Assembly: GCA_040954595.2 (NCBI GenBank)
Contig: CM082592.2
Coordinates: forward strand, 7,365,677 to 7,429,676
Direction: 5' to 3'
Length of the DNA: 64,000 nt
DNA from: Balanoglossus misakiensis
Lineage: Eukaryota > Animalia > Hemichordata
Positions within the stretch are counted from its first letter, which is position 1, and every line of letters begins with the position of its first letter. The notes beneath the pieces were generated by a model, which saw nothing but the letters and a program-made list of their open reading frames with translations, had not been told where the DNA came from and searched no databases. Positions 12,510-26,424 of this stretch are shown here, one piece after another. Both the position numbers and the translations under genes were made by a program.

Positions 12510-14769
12510 ATGGCGACGTTCAGTGGGACTGGTAAAAAGTAAGTGTTAGATTAATTTGCGTGTACATGTATATGTTTTAGTCAGTTTCGGCGGATAATAA
12601 TTGTATGATATGATCGTTTCAGATATGGACTGATTACATCAACCAAGAGGACAACCCTTGCAAAGAGCCATGCTATCTTTGGCGACTCAAGTGATGAGGT
12701 AATCCACTGTGTTACATCTATACATCACAGAACAGAAACCACAGAATAGTGTTCCCATATTCCTGGCTGAGCACTGGGAGTGTGAGATTGACAGTGTGAG
12801 TTAAAATCGATCTCACACTCCCTTATTAATGTTAGCAGTGAAATGTGTACATCTCTGTCTCACTGCTGTAATGTATTGATGAGAGTGAGGTCACTTCTTT
12901 GTGTTTATCCCTGCAGGAACCAGCCAGTGCACAGATAAATGCATCACTGCAGCAGATAGCTAGGAAGAACCAGATCAAAAAACAGGTCAGTTATAGCCCT
13001 TCCAAATATATGAGACAGCTCATTCTCTCGTCTACACGTTGCAACCTGATGTAAGTACCATTGAACCAAAGACACTGACACTAGACCCGATCTGTTCAAC
13101 CTCTCTGCAGACCCAGTTACAGATGCAGAAAGCTTTGGAAGAAGATCCAACAGTGTACGAGTATGACAGCATTTACGACGACATGGAAAAGAAGAAGAAA
13201 GAGGCGACTGTAAAATCCAAGAATGAAGACAACAGAAAGGTTTGCCTATATGTGGATTTATTTTATCTTTGAAAAATTAAAATAGAATAATACTTCACAC
13301 TTTGGGGTGTTTTATACCTGCAAATGAAAATAGAATAGAAGGTTGAACATATCGTAAACTTTGTCCCTTGACACACTACAGCCCAAATACATCAAAAATA
13401 TCCTGAAAGTGGCACAGCAACGAAAGAGAGAACAAGATAGGGTCATGGACAGAAAAATTCAGAAGGAGAGAGAAGAGGAAGGAGACAAATTTGCTGATAA
13501 AGAGGAGTTTGTGACGTCGGCGTACCGGAAGAAATTGGAAGAACAGGCGGAGGAGGAAGAGAAAGAACGGAGACAGGCGGAGTTGGAAGGTAGGGTTATT
13601 ATGGGATGGTTGCTATGGAGTAATTGTTATTGTGATGTGTGGCTATGGTGTCATTGTTTTGTAAATGTGTGCAATTTCCTCCACCGTCTTAACGTTGTCA
13701 GACCTACACACAAATGAAAATACCAAGATGTGTATTCGCAATGGTACAATGTATATGAAAGTCTTTTGCAAAACTTGATATGGTTCTGTCTTGTTTCATT
13801 TCCCAGCCAAGCTCGATGTGACTAAACAGAAAGATTTGAGTGGCTTTTACAGACACCTGTTGAATCAGACAGTGGGCGAAGAGAAGGTAGGCGGGAATGA
13901 CAGTGAAAATGACAGGTGAGTTTGGTGCTGCTGCTATCAAATCTCAGCACAAATTGAGTTGGAGCTGGTCTTGTAATTGTCAACATTTAACCCATACTCT
14001 TGGTGATTCACACTTGGTGAAAAATAATTATACCTCCAGGAAAGACGAAAGTGGAAGTGGAGTCAAGGAAGAAAGTGATGAAGAGAGTGACGGTGATGGG
14101 GACAGGAGAGAAGATCGAGACAGCGAGGAAGAGGAAACTGTTCGCAGAGATAGCCGCGAAGAAGACCAGAAAGAGTCTCATAGGAAAGATGAGAGGCGAT
14201 CTCATGATGATAACAGGAGACAGCATAGAGACAGAGACGATGAGACAAGTCGCCGTAGAAACAGGGACGATGAAAATAGACGTCACCGGGAGAGAGACGA
14301 TCATCAGAAGCATGACAGAAGTGATGACAGAAGGCATGACAGAGACAGGGACAGACATCGTCATAGAGACAGAGACGATGATCACCACCGCCACAAAGAC
14401 AGCGACAGACATAGAGATACAAGCAAAGGCAGTCATAGGGAAAGAGACAGTGACAGAGATAGGGACACAAGGAGAGAGAAACCCAGAGACAAAGACAGGC
14501 ACAGAGATGAAAGACACAAGGAATCAAAATCTCGCAGACAGGAAGTGGAATCAGAAAGCCCCAGCAAAGACAAAGCCGACGATCAAATAAAGAAGAGAGA
14601 TTCTGATAAGTCTGGCAGTGAGGGCGCAACCGAGCCAGGACAGCATCTCAGTAAATATGCCAGACGGAACGAAGAGGAGTCCGTCATGTCAGCCAGGGAC
14701 CGATATCTTGCCAGGAAAGCTGCCAGAGACGCAGCCCGAGTCACTGCTGTTGAACCGGAGGAGGATTAG
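12510..14769 (+). CDS. NSRP1: Nuclear speckle splicing regulatory protein 1 (CCDC55), multi-exon
   Basis: N-terminus MATFSGTGKKYGLI; conserved KALEEDPTVYEYDSIYD, PKYIKNILK, DKEEFVTSAYRKKL and DVTKQKDLSGFYRHLL; an RD/RE/RH-rich last exon; C-terminal SARDRYLARK. Confidence 0.93.
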
Positions 14770-16066
14770 CTGGAGAAGACATTTCTACACGGCTTTTCAG
14801 TTAGCCATCAATTTTGTAACTTCTCACAGCAGTTATCGTACCACAGTTTGGTTCATCAAACTGCAATTATTTTTAAGAACTTTGTGGAGCTGTGTGCGAG
14901 ACACACACTCCCACTGACAAACCAAGAGATGCATTGCTTGAAGACAGATTTCTCTCACCCATGCATGGTTGAGTGTCACAGACTAATTGATCAAAATCTC
15001 TGTGCCTTTTGCTGGCAAATTCAGGACCAAGAACAAGTACTAGCAACTGTTATTCATGCATCAAAAAAAAATCATTTTTATTTCATTTGGTCTATGCACT
15101 TGAAATCAAACTATTTAACACAACCCATCATTCACAACACTTAAATAGAATTATAAACTCCAGAACTTTGTAAAAACTGTACACTATTCCCTATGTAAAA
15201 TACAACACAAAAACCAGCTAAGTGATATTGCACTTTAATAACCAAGCTCAGCAAATGAAAAAAAGTCAGTTTGTATGTTTTTGAATATGTTTCCAGCTTG
15301 AGTCCATACTATGTGTGTTATGTGGCCGTACATCTTTAGCACCGGTATGGCACACAGGAAAAGGCCACATATTAAAGTAAACAAAAAGTTCATACCAGTA
15401 TTTTTGGTCAAAACACTGCTACCGGTACTCCTGATAAATTGTAAGCATGTCTGACACTAGTCATTCCCCCTAGTTGCATATTCAGTGCAATTGCAGATGA
15501 AGTTATACCACAGGGTTTACATACACCACAGTGTGCTCCATGAGCTGTTGATGAGTCCAATACCTCACATATGGAGGCCAAGTCCACATGTGCAGTCCTC
15601 CTTTTGTGAACAATATTATTAATTATACACCGTCCTGTTTCTGAAATCTTGGTTTCAGCAAGAAACGTGAAATCAAGCTATTAAACCTTAATCAATCTAA
15701 TTTTCCACAGTTAACTTACATCGTCAAGTTTATTAATGTCTCTGATATGTTTCAACTATTTAAAATTTCTCACAATGTAAACACTCCCAAATAAATTATA
15801 TCGTCATTTTGCTTCAAAAGAATCCGGACAGCTTTGCTTCTTGGTGCCGAGCTGCCAGTAATTTGCATTGATATATTTAAAGTAGATGGTTCACTTGATG
15901 CTTGATATTGCGATGTGAAATGGAGTTCTATTCGCTGCTGCGTTGGTGTGTCTGCTCTCGCTCCTTAGTATAACCAAAAGTGAGGTCACCATTCCTAGGC
16001 ACAACAAGTCCATGCAGTCATGCAGTGCGTGATCCGGACAGCCTAATGTTTACACAAAAATCGGCC

Positions 16067-19000
16067 TCACTCCTGTTTTCCGTACGTTCCATCCAGCAGG
16101 TCATTCTGTAGAGAAGACAGGAAATCCCTGCAGAGGGAGAAACAAGACACGAATGAAAATACGGCAAAGACCATTGAGAGCAAAATAATTACTTTAAACC
16201 AAAATCAGCCGATTTCATATTTTAAAACTATGTTGAGTGACAGAACTTACCCTAGAGGAGCAGACCCTGATTTCGATATCGGTATCACATCGGGTGGTGA
16301 TGTAGGTGTCCTTTTACCGAAACCACTTGCCTGAACTTGGTCATATTCTGAAATGGTCATTTGATGAAAAAGGGTGAACAACACGAAACATCAACACATG
16401 TACCACAATTGTTTATCATGGCATCAATTTCGTTTTGTGATGCAAACCAATATGGCTGCCACGTCGGCCATTTTGTTTTTACTGTTTCATGCCAAAAAGC
16501 CATGAACTAAAAGCAGAATAGCAACTGTGCAAAATGACACTCACCAGGAAATAGAGACTTTATTGGACCATTATCGATTGTACTCGTTGAAGTTTTCTCG
16601 ATCATTCTCGTAATGTTGTCTAGCTCTCTGCTGCCCCTTGCTCTGGGTGTCGCAACAGTTGATGGCCTTGCACTGCTGTTATTGTCATTACGGCTCTCAT
16701 TTTCTTGTTCTTTTTTCACTGCGATGATTTCTTCAAATGTCATCTATATTACAAATCAACGATTTAATGGTTAAATGTATTTTGTTTTAAAAAATAGAAG
16801 TTTTGAAAACATTCCTTAAAATACAAATGCAATTCACTCAGAGAGTACAGTTTTATTGCTTACCTCATTTTTCATTTTAGGAGTCATTGGTTTGAGATGC
16901 GAAAAGTCGGTATTTCTGAAATATTCCGCTGCTGCTTTAAATGTCACCAGACTAAAACTGTTGGATTAAAATAAAAAAATAAAGAATGATGAACAGCTAC
17001 ACATAGATGTCATTCAGTAGTCTTGGTGACCTAACAGCCCTCTCTGCTGCGGGCGGCCATCTTTGTATTTGGAGAAGAGAGAGGATTGTACAGAAACATA
17101 CTCTCTTTAGGTTAAATATTTTGTTTTGTTTTAAGTATTACTTTACCTGAGGTCATCCTTTGATGATGTCATCCAATGAAAATGTTCCATGTAGTACAAA
17201 TTGCTAGCCAGGTGGCCACTTTTGGCTTGAATCAGTAACGTGATCTGCAAAACAAAATTCCCCCTAAGCTTATAATATCTGTGAATGTTCCTGGACAGAA
17301 AATTAAAATAATCATAAGAATGTTGTTCATTGATCCACTCATCTACACCCCAATCATTCTCTCTTGAATTTAAAAGAACGACATTCAAAATCAATTTGGT
17401 AAAAACAATAAACTAGAGATTGAAGAGCAGTCGGTGATCTTACCAGTATGGAAATCAAATCATCCGATGTTAGAAAAGGAAGATCATCCCCTGGCATGGA
17501 ATTGGAACGTAAATACTCATTCACTTCTTCTGAGATGTTGTCCTGGATGTCAGAAAGTAAAAAATCGTTAACAAACTCAGATTATACTCAAACCTTTGAC
17601 ATGACTGCTACAGAAAACACAATAAAATACCTTTCAACATCAACAATCCATTCCAAGCTGACCTGTCATTGTAGACAGTTTAATAATCAAAGATGTGATT
17701 TTTTTTTATATCCAACTTACCAAAGTAGACTTCAAGCAGAAGACCTTTTCTAATGGAGTAGTCAATCCATCCAAATTAGCCAATTCTACAATCTGAAAAG
17801 AGAATTGTCAGTTACAACAGATTAGACAGAGTTTGGTTTAGACAGGTTACTACACTGGACATGGGCAGACAACTATTTGCTACTTACTGAGGCCGGCAGG
17901 GGACAGCAGAACTCTGGTTTGACCCCGAATTCCTCTCCCCGAACACCTTGAAACTCCTTCACTTTCTGAGCGATGGCCTCGTCATCCTTGCTACATTTCT
18001 GACACACTGCCTGGAACACTTTGCTATGAACACAACCCATCACGTAACTGAGGGAAGAAAAAGAAAGAAAAGAAACATATTACACAGTAATTCCTTCAAT
18101 TTTACACTTTTCATTTGTCTAATGTTGTCCTACATTAAACTGCTTTAACCTGTAAACATAAGTAATGTCTGTATAACATGGCATGACATCATTGCGTGTA
18201 CATGGCATATGGTGGTGCAGATTGTTTTACACTGCACATTTCACTCTGACATCTTAGTCACAAGAGACTCTCACCTTTCAACAGCAACAGATAGCGCATC
18301 AATGATTCTTCTGTCTGAACTCATCCTGCTGTTTCTATTCACTCTTAAAATATTCTGCAAAGAAACAGGAAATTAACCTTAAAGGATTTGTCTCAAAGAG
18401 AAAATACCACTGATGAAGAGGAGTCCCCCTTTAACCCATCTGCACCCTGACCCCCTGGTGACCTATGACATCATTCAGAAATTATACGACCAATCAGTAT
18501 ACTGACCTCTGTGGTATGGAAGGTTAAGTTTTTTAACTTCTCAACAGCATGGCCCAAGTAGTCTTGTAGAATCATGTAGTTGCTGTTGAATTGTTTGATG
18601 CCCTCGTCAAGAATGGCTAGCGCTGCCTTGTGTTCGGGAAATTGAAAAAGAAGTCTCTTATTGCTGCAAAAGAAGAGATCAGATAGTGTGTCATCTAAAT
18701 TTGACATTGACTACACATTTAAATTCAAATGAAGTTTTTCATGGTATATTTTCCAACGGCACTGAGGTTATATACTTACTCTTGAAATGATATCCTAGTC
18801 TCATATAAATCTAAAGTTGAAGGTGAGGAATCTCCGTGTGACTGTAAAAAATAAGTTGCGAGATTACGGTAAGTATTTTTAAAGACAATGACAAGTCTGT
18901 TTTCTGTTTCCTTCTTACACTTTAATTGTAAAATTCACTCACTGGTTCATGCAAAGTTTAATGTACAGCTTAATCCCCAAGCGATGTCAATGACTTTTGT

Positions 19001-20387
19001 GTGTGATATGAATGACACAAAATTAATACAGCAAAACAACTTACCCTAAATGAAGGATCTAGCGGTCTCTCAATTATCAACATTTTAAATGGTTTGTAAT
19101 CCTATAAAGTAAAAGGAATGTGTTTGGTTCATATGTTTGCAACAATAATGTAGAGGAATTCATTATACATTTTGAAAGAGATAGAAATAGATGTCCTTGT
19201 TTATCATCCATCTTTGGAAAGCTCACCTCCATGGTGATTTTTCTCACCTTATTATAACCCAACTCTTCTGATAAAATCCTAATTTTTGTTGCGGATGAGA
19301 ATCCATCTTTGGTGAGTATATGACCATTTTCCAAACCGATGGTCCTCCTTCCATGTTTATCACTGCTTATGTAGTGACTGAGTGGATGAGAAAAATACAC
19401 TTATTTTGAATTTGAGGGAAAATGATATCATATTTCAAGACAATTTTGATGTCATTTCCCTTAATGAAAAGTTAGTCACACACTGACACTGCTTTCATTT
19501 TTATATCATATATCTCAAATCCACAAGAAATAGAGCTTGATAATTATTTAATAATTACCCACCTTTGAAAATAGGGAGATGGTTTTAATATATGAGTTTC
19601 TGGAAACAAAAGACAACATTTAATTAATATACATGTAGTGCACAGGCCAAATGTCAGCACTAATATTGTTGAAAACTGACTTTTTTCATATCTCGCCAGC
19701 CCATCAGAAAACTATGTCTGACTATTCACTCACCTACAAACTGTTGGTTGATATTAATTCCTTTAAGTGATGCTGTCACTGGTATACATAAAAGATAACA
19801 CCTTTCTTGGGCAGTTTCAAACTTGCTAATGAATCGAGTCTGCAACAACAACAAAACACTCAATGATATCTTTATTGGTAGACAATGTCAGTTTTACAAG
19901 TATATTATACATGTACATTACTAGCGTGTAGTAATGGTATAAACATCGACGATGATGCAAAATTTATATGATGTTTACTTGTTAAAGTTTAATGATAATT
20001 ATCAATAAAACAGAAGATCGTAAATAATAATATTAATGTTCGAATGTGGTATTTTCTCATGGATTGGACGACCGGTAGTTTTCAACACCCTGTTTGACCG
20101 CAGCGTTGCACTCGTGACATGTTACACGCCTGTGATCATACAGGAATGCGTAATAATGTTGTCGCTGTCTACGTCTATTGCATGTACTATGGTTATGTGC
20201 GCGTAAAAACTTTTACTCGGGTGGAGAAAACGCAATGTCAGTGACGGGATCGGAATCATTACACGCACATTACTGCTCTGGTTGAATACAAAATTACCCT
20301 AAAATGTCGAAAATTGAATTCGTAAACAAAGTTTACCTGTAAACTTTTATAAAACGGATTGATATCCAAGTCCTCTGCGTCCGCCAT
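16067..20387 (-). CDS. ANKRD27/VARP-like VPS9-domain Rab GEF lacking ankyrin repeats, multi-exon
   Basis: Starts MADAEDLDINPFYKSLQ (compare VARP EDLLKNPFY), then ILSEELGYNK-DYKPFKMLIIERPL. The VPS9 region reads FGVKPEFCCPLP, TPLEKVFCL, LTSDDLISIL, LASNLYYMEHF, FSLVTFKAAAEYF. Ends LGDFLSSLQNDLLDGTYGKQE* at 16067 with no ankyrin repeats. Confidence 0.8.
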
Positions 20388-20708
20388 TGTACGTCTTCTA
20401 TCCTCACCTCGTTCGCACAGTACTAATATGAGTTACACTATGTATGATTACATACCCAAAAATGTGTGCATAAACACATTCAGATTGTATAATTATTTGT
20501 TTTAATATGTAATAAAATTGATAAAGAGTAGCTTCTCTCGCAAGGAACTGTAGTTCCCGCAAATAGAGTTGTCTGAAAAATATTTGGCTGGAAAACAAAA
20601 GTTGAAAGGTCACAGGCGAGTTGTAGCGTTGCAGGCCGGCGGCGTGTGCGTACACTGACTCTGAGTGAAGCGAAATTTAAAAGGGATTCCTTTGCGAATT
20701 TTGCGAGA

Positions 20709-23700
20709 ATGTCTTCAGCTACAGCTGCCGGTTCTGTTGTGAAGAAACGACGTCGAGCAATGCGTCCCCCAATATCAGACGCCGCATCTTCAAAAGATAT
20801 TAAGAAAGTAAAGATAGGTCATGAGTCTCAGGTAAGCATACATGATGTACATGTCGGAAAGTTCATTCAACTCAGTACTCAGTGAGTCAGTAGGTTTATT
20901 AGAGCATGGAGTGATTGCTCCATAGCTAAAGCAGCTATGAACCTGTTACATGAGACGCCTGTATCTGACACTGCACTGTTTGGTGCCTACCGACAATGCA
21001 CTGATAAAATCCATGTCACAGTTTTCTGTGGAAATCCCTAACCCTAAAATACCCGCGTGTAACAATAAACAAGGGAGATAAACTCTTACAACTGTGAAAC
21101 ATGCATTTGTGTCTAATCGTAGGAGCCAGTATACAGTGAGGAGAAGGAGGTCGATCACCGAGACCCACAGAAAGACCAGGAACTCTTCTCCAAGGCCTGT
21201 GGGGAAATCAAGACGCTGATGAGCGACATATATGACATGAAAATGTCAGAATCGCAAGATATGGTAAGAGAAGTACATGTAGATAAGTGTAAATGTCACC
21301 TGGGTTCCCTATTCATTTTACCAGTATTCCTCTCAGTAACCATGATGGGGTGTATTTGAATTGCATTGGCGATGTTGGTCACTTTAACTTTAAGTTGCAC
21401 TCAAAACAACTACCTGTAAGCTGTTGGCCCAATGTCAGGGTAGATATGTGAATACCGTTTGCACTGGTATAATATGGGTATGATATATTGCTTGATCCAA
21501 CAGAACTCTGAGGTCATGGAAAAGAGGATACAAGCATCGCTGAATTTTGTGAATTTGAAGAAGCTGAACAGACTGGCACACATCAGATGCAAGAAAGCCA
21601 AGGACGCCACGCATGATGCTAAAATGAAAGTGGACAGCTTTCATCTTCAACTGCAGAATCTCTTGTATGAAGTCATGCATTTGCAGAAGGAAATCAGAAA
21701 GTGCCTTGAATTTGAGTAAGTGGTCAAGTAGACCTTTTTCAATGAACTGTGTGTGGTTGTGGTAGATTTTTTTGTGAACTTTCTGTTAGTTACCGTACTG
21801 TGGGTTCCTTAATTTTCACCAGCAGTATTTTGACTGAAGTCGAAATTTCAGATGTCATTGCAATCTTAGTTTCACTATCTCTTGCAAATGTGTGTGAAAA
21901 GAGTGGGAAATGAATGAATGAATGTGTGAGTGAGTGAAGAGTGAGTGAAAAACATATATTGGATAATGTAGTTATAGTCCCGGTAACAAGTTTTATTATT
22001 TTTTGTAAACTTCAGTTCCAAAGATGAGGACATTGACCTTGTGGATGTTGAGCAGTTCTTCATGGAAGCACCAACAGAGATATCAAAACCAGAAATCACT
22101 CAGTCGGATCCTCATCAGCTAAGGCTCGCCAGACTGGACTGGGAGTTGGAGCAGAGAAAACAGTAAGTCTTATCATTTTCCCCCATCTGTCACTTTTGGA
22201 GAGAGGTTATGTTTGGAACCTGTGTTACATTTAGCGGCAGCAGTGTTGGGTTGTTTGGGTTCTTATATTCCCCTGTGCCAGATGAACTTACCTGTTGGTG
22301 TACTTCTCTGCACTGTATAGGCTTGCGGAGAAATGCAAAACTTCCCAGAATAAAAAAGACTTGATTTCCAAGAAGATACAGACCAAAAGGGAATACCTGG
22401 ACAGCTTGCAACCAAAACTGAACGATGTTTTACAGGTAAGAAAATAAAAGAGTGGGGAAAAATATAGAAAATTATATCATTTTGATTTTTATATTGCAGA
22501 AATATATTACCATATCTGTCAACTTGTTATCAATACTCAGTAGTGATTTTAGATCTTACAAATTATGTGTTTGAATTTTATTTATCCATGCAGGCCACTG
22601 AGCCACTGCAGAAGTTGTCCATGCCATTTGAACAGACCAGGAATCAACACAAGACAGCGAGACATCTACCCAGACCTTTGTACATTCTGTACGTGCAAGC
22701 AAGTGCATACCACGAAGCCTGTGGTAGGTAGAAGTCATCTTTGTTTTTTTACAGGGATTGCCGAGGGCCATAGTTTAGTGTTCCTAGGTTCTTTCATAAT
22801 AATGTCTGATGAAGAGTACTGGAAAATGTGCTCAGAGACAGGTCAGGTGTCTAGCTTGGTCTAGATTTGATTTTCACAGAATTTTGTAAACTCTCTATTG
22901 TGTTAATCTTACCAGACGTTGCATTTCCTGAATTTCAGATACGAAGATTTCAATAAGTATAGAAGGGGACTTGGAAGCGGCCATCGCTGAAGAGAATACA
23001 AATAGTTCTATTGAGTTTGACAGTGATTCTGACGAAGAAGCTGCAACTGATTCAGTAAGTTTGTACTAAAGAGGCACAGGCCCCTTCTGAACTGTGTTTG
23101 TGGGACTTAGCATTTTACTTGAACTGTTTAAAGTAAAGTACTCAAAATGTGCTTAAAGGAAAGACTGTCAATAACCACCTAGTGTCATTTCCTGTCAATC
23201 TCTTCTCAACAGAAAAGGAGGCGGCGTTCAACTGTTGATGTCCTCAAAGTGAAAAGAAGTAAAGTCCTGAACAAGCATCCACTAACAGTGGCGATGACTA
23301 TCAAATGTACAGGTAAGCAAAAAAAAGGGGATATTACATTCCAGCACAAAGTATTATTGGATGTGTGATCATCACAATCTGACCGGCCAGATCCTATCAG
23401 GGGATATTTATGGACTGATGCATTACATAGTGTTTCATGCACATGGAATCATCGTTATCAAATATTGTTTGATTGAATGTAAATTTCTTCTTTTGCATTT
23501 CAGATGGATCCGTTTTGGTTCTGACATTTGGCTACATGACAGCGCTTCAGATTGTCACCGTCCGCGTGAAACTGAACCCGGCGTCAGACTCCATAGTCAG
23601 TACTGTCACTGGAGGGTAAGTTCTCATCCATTCAACTGTGGCAGTGCCCAGACTCTGTGTCATAAATGGTAACATGAGCCTGTTTCTGATTGTAGACTGT

Positions 23701-25539
23701 TTCTGTGTAACCATTTCATCCCCAGTTCCCTTTAAAACATTCAGTAGTTGAATTTTTATATGGAAAGCAATGATGCATTATATTCTTCACTTTGACCTGA
23801 ATGAGGAATCAGATGTTGAAATTTTCATTTCTGAGCTTTCCATGTCTTCCATGCTTTTGGTGAAAGGCAGAGGCTTGTTGTCTGTAGGATTTTCAATGAA
23901 GTAAAATCATACCGCATTTGTTTTCTGTTTCAGGGACTTGCTGTCACCCAATAGTCTGCTGTCGTGTTTGTTTCCCGGTGACTATGGCAATGACACGCCC
24001 AACACTGCCAATCATTATCAGCTGAATAAACTTGGGTAAGTAAGGGCAATAGAAAACACCTTGACCCTGTTGTCTGTAGTCCATTCGGACTGATATGAGA
24101 TGTCTAATGATGTTGCCTCTCTCTCTCTCTCACAGCATGGACACCTTCAGTGCGTACATTTCCAGTGTGGGCCACCCCTACACCTGGGTTCAAAGGTTAG
24201 CAGGGCTGGAGTTCTTGGAGGGTGGCGAAGACCAAGACGCACCCAAGGCCAAGTCGGCCGTCAGCTCTACCCGCATGGAGGCTACCACCTTAGCATTACG
24301 TGCCAGAATAGTGGCGAGGTTAGCTTTGCAGAAACAGCTGGCGTCGCTGGGTAAGTTGTGAAGTTCTTATAGACCTCATTTTTTAAATTTTTAGCCTTTG
24401 GTTCACTGTTTTCTGATTACTTGTTCACTTCTTTCGTTCTCTGCAGAGAGACACACAGTACCAGTGCCGAGCGAGAGCCAGGGTCTCTTCCCAGCTAGGA
24501 TGGATGCCAGGTTTACAGGCTGGACAGCATTGACCTATGATGACTACACTGTGAGTACTGAGGGGAGGGGTTGTGATATCTAGACACAGTCATAGCAAAA
24601 CATCAAATGAATGTACCTATTAAAATGAGTTTGTTGGAAGTATTGACAATGCTGTCGTGGTTAACACAGTTTCTACGTTCATTCATTCTAGACACTGCCA
24701 TACACAGAGGATGTGCAAGATGCAGAACTGATCAATGAGTCGGACATGTTTTTCCTGGCTACACTGGAAAGAAAATCTGGTAAGCAACACGCATGATGTT
24801 GATACTGTTAATATACCACCACTTAGTGCTGGTGACAATGGTGATTCTCGTTACTAATGTTTGCCGTTTCATTTTTTAGCCAAGTTAAATGCAGCCATAG
24901 TGGTACATCCAGACTACCCGGCTTCTGCGCCGTTATTCAGTTTACTTGTATCATGGCGAGGTGAACACCATGCAAGAAACAATGAGAGTATTAGGGTAGG
25001 TGCAACAGTCATCACTTGGATACAAGTTGGATACAATTCAAACTTCTTAAACGATGTGGAATTTTTTTTTTTGCAAAGTGCACTCATATTGATCACAGGA
25101 AGTATAATAGGTACATTAATGTAAGTGATTCATTTCAATTTTTCCCCTCAATTCAGATGATGGAAAGTGAAGTCAACGTCCACTACCAGGAATTCACGGA
25201 GACCGGATCACCTGACTACCTGCTGACCAATCAGCTGCAGAGACTACTGATGTGTTTTGACGTGTACCTGGAGGCCCAGTCTGCCACGGCGAGTTTTGCC
25301 GCACCCCTGGAGTTTGCCAAAGAGAAAGTCATGCCCAGACTAGCAAGGTCAGTGGTTTCAAGATGTTTATTTTTTTTTCTTGGTAGGGGTGGAGACCAAC
25401 TCATGCAGAAGCTGTTTTGTACAAATCGTTAATTTGTTCTCATATAAATTTCTCATTTCTGCGTCTATCTTTCAGAGGACCGCATCGAGCCAAGCCCTAC
25501 AAATACAATCCAAACCATGGCTTCTTCAGCCATAGATGA
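20709..25539 (+). CDS. THOC5: THO complex subunit 5 (FMIP), multi-exon
   Basis: Motifs [70 protein letters not shown] and LLTNQLQRL; C-terminal [12 protein letters not shown]. Confidence 0.95.
20888..21023 (+). ncRNA. Candidate box H/ACA snoRNA in THOC5 intron 1
   Basis: Hairpin (agtaggtttat...atggag-tgattg-ctccat...atgaacctgtt), an H-box-like ACATGA near 20948, a second hairpin (gacg...tgcactgtttggtgcctaccgacaatgca...tgtc), then ACA plus 3 nt. About 135 nt. No target identified. Confidence 0.3.
23761..23842 (+). ncRNA. Intronic box C/D snoRNA, SNORD37 (U37)-like guide for 28S rRNA 2'-O-methylation
   Basis: Terminal stem tggaaagc/gctttcca; box C variant ATGATGC at 23770; D' CTGA at 23797; D CTGA at 23831. 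The D' guide TTCTTCACTTTGAC is complementary to conserved LSU rRNA GUCAAAGUGAAGAA. Lies about 90 nt upstream of the intron 3' splice site. Confidence 0.8.
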
Positions 25540-26424
25540 AAAACTGCAACCCTGTCCGGAGAAGCAAGGGTGCTGGCTGTAAGAAAAAGAACTATACCGG
25601 TGCTAATACAAGGAATGGCCCTTCAATCAAGCATGTTCGATGCCGGTGTCAAGATCAAGAGTGGAAGGGAGACCGCCACACACAGGCTGTCATCTATCAT
25701 TTGCATTTCATAAGTATTTTTTGTCACAGTGTTGTGCTCTTTTAGCCGTTTCACCACTAGTTTAGTGTAGGGCGTGGCAAACCCAGGCCAAGTTCAAGTG
25801 TCATGATAAAAAAGTTCAGCAATAAAATGTATGCTAGTTTGAAATATACATTTGTGTGTTTGTTACTGGTAGAAGTCTACCTCCTTTGATTGTGTATGTT
25901 AAAAGCCGGCCCAGAGACCGCAACGTTGAATTTAAACAATAACTTTGCAAATATTGTGTATGACTTTCCTCCCTTTATTAATTAACATATACCACAACAT
26001 ATAACTATTTTACAGGTTAAATGTTTATTTGGATACAGTTCAACTACATACACAACATAAAAGTGTTTTTGACCTCAACAAAGCACATCCTTCTGTACAT
26101 TGGTACTAGTCTATTTACAAGTTAGTTACTACCTCTTGTGGAAATAGAGTACATTTATTGATGTAGGGTTCTTATATGTCAAGTAGAAAGGGTTTTACAA
26201 ATTAAAAATGTTTCCATTTTTTTTTGAAAATCCAACATGGCCAAGAACATAAACTTTTTACAAGCAAGCTTGGTGAACGGAATAATCCCTAATGTTGACT
26301 CATATAAAGGAAATTTTAAGACATAAAATAAAAAAATGTTCCTCATACAAAAGAAATCTGCAGGAAATGATTTTGTACACTTAAGTTGGCAGTAAAAATG
26401 ACAAAGGTTTGATTATTGAGAAGG

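Noticed and set aside
14008-14629. Long overlapping and antisense ORFs over the NSRP1 last exon
   Set aside because: By-products of the low-complexity RD/RH-coding purine-rich sequence.
22755-22915. Hairpins in another THOC5 intron with possible H and ACA boxes
   Set aside because: Several mutually exclusive folds and no consistent H/ACA geometry by eye.
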